The notes under the pieces: generated by a model
Told to the model about the DNA's origin: nothing
The model's database searches: none
The model's input: only the letters and a program-made list of their open reading frames with translations
Assembly (NCBI GenBank): GCA_046349035.1
Contig: JAXMDC010000002.1
Location: 237,093 to 301,092 of the forward strand
Direction of reading: 5' to 3'
DNA length: 64,000 bases
Source: Bauldia sp.
GTDB lineage: Bacteria; Pseudomonadota; Alphaproteobacteria; Rhizobiales; Kaistiaceae
Shown here: piece after piece, positions 63,750-64,000 of the stretch
Layout: each line of letters starts with the position of its first letter
Position numbering within the stretch: position 1 is the stretch's first letter
Translations under genes and position numbers: made by a program

Positions 63750-64000
63750 ATGACCATCGTCGACGCCTTCACCTATCGGGGCCTCGCCAACGCTTCGGCC
63801 GCGGTTGCGCTGAGCGGCGACCGCTTCGCCGTCGCCGACGACGAGCGGAGCGTGCTCACCGTGTTCCGCCGCGGCGTCGCCGAGGCGGTGGCAAGCCTGC
63901 CGCTCGGCGAGTTCCTCGGGCTCGGCGACCGCACCGAGAGCGACCTTGAAGGCGCTGCGGCGATCGACGGCTCCGTCTATTGGATTACCTCGCACGGTCT
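63750..64000 (+). CDS. Hypothetical protein, 5' part. The gene continues beyond the window.
   Basis: MTIVDAFTYRGLANASAAVALSGDRFAVADDERSVLTVFRRGVAEAV...AIDGSVYWITSHG. Open to the window end. GGGGAGG SD upstream. Confidence 0.4.
   Translation, partial: MTIVDAFTYRGLANASAAVALSGDRFAVADDERSVLTVFRRGVAEAVASLPLGEFLGLGDRTESDLEGAAAIDGSVYWITSHG

Noticed and set aside
61761-63995. 744-aa minus-strand ORF antisense to kefB.
   Set aside because: Low-complexity (R/G/A/D/E). The plus strand encodes a textbook CPA2 antiporter with an RCK domain.
1-64000. CRISPR arrays, tRNA/rRNA genes, IS elements or integrases.
   Set aside because: No regularly spaced short direct repeats other than the 45-bp tandem repeat at 26084 and the coding PA-repeats. 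No T-loop/anticodon-arm-like tRNA signatures (GGTTCGA[AG]TCC) found. No transposase- or integrase-like ORFs.

Overview
High-GC (~70%) alphaproteobacterial chromosomal segment, probably Rhizobiales-like. Supporting this: a BA14K-family protein, Omp25/RopB-type beta-barrel OMPs, a DUF1376 prophage protein, and a ROSE-like hsp20 leader. Coding is dense on both strands. The GC content generates many long spurious ORFs; I ignored those with Arg/Gly/Pro-rich, low-complexity translations. No rRNA, tRNA or CRISPR array was found.

Recognisable content, in order along the window:
- Two beta-barrel OMP genes at the 5' edge.
- An ArsR regulator followed by two tandem SRPBCC (AHSA1-like) genes.
- A long minus-strand operon of uncharacterised membrane proteins with an embedded LysE exporter.
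- An ICMT/PEMT-family methyltransferase.
- A MarR regulator flanked by two related near-palindromic boxes.
- A radical-SAM enzyme (CX3CX2C plus an N-terminal Cys cluster) translationally coupled to two small membrane proteins.
- A TetR regulator with a divergent membrane-protein gene.
- An Lgt-family gene whose 3' end is duplicated about 1 kb away, flanking a small inserted block.
- A hydrolase, an FGE-sulfatase-domain protein, and a thioredoxin/CcdA pair.
- A degraded prophage-like replication module: XRE repressor with palindromic operators, a 45-bp tandem repeat, DnaA_C-domain protein, DUF1376 protein, two paralogous mini membrane proteins.
- HflK-like SPFH protein, two OMP/porin genes, BA14K, DUF2189.
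- A heat-shock locus: hsp20 with a sigma32-like promoter and ROSE-like 5'UTR, then DegP.
- GST, and the emrR-emrA-emrB operon with ATGA start/stop overlaps.
- GT2 glycosyltransferase, a DUF2853 / Pro-Ala repeat / COX-IV-like fusion protein, rhomboid protease, alginate-lyase-family protein.
- Two TPR proteins and a TPR-caspase (peptidase C14) protein, the latter with an adjacent secreted partner.
- A TROVE/vWA (Ro60/Rsr-like) protein, a KefB-type CPA2 antiporter, and a partial gene at the 3' edge.

Highest-interest observations: the radical-SAM plus membrane-protein operon; the TPR-caspase module with a stand-alone paralog of its sensor domain; the prophage-like replication remnant with operators and tandem repeats; the lgt 3' duplication; the Rsr-like gene, whose flanks should be searched for a Y-RNA; and the DUF2853 / COX-IV fusion.
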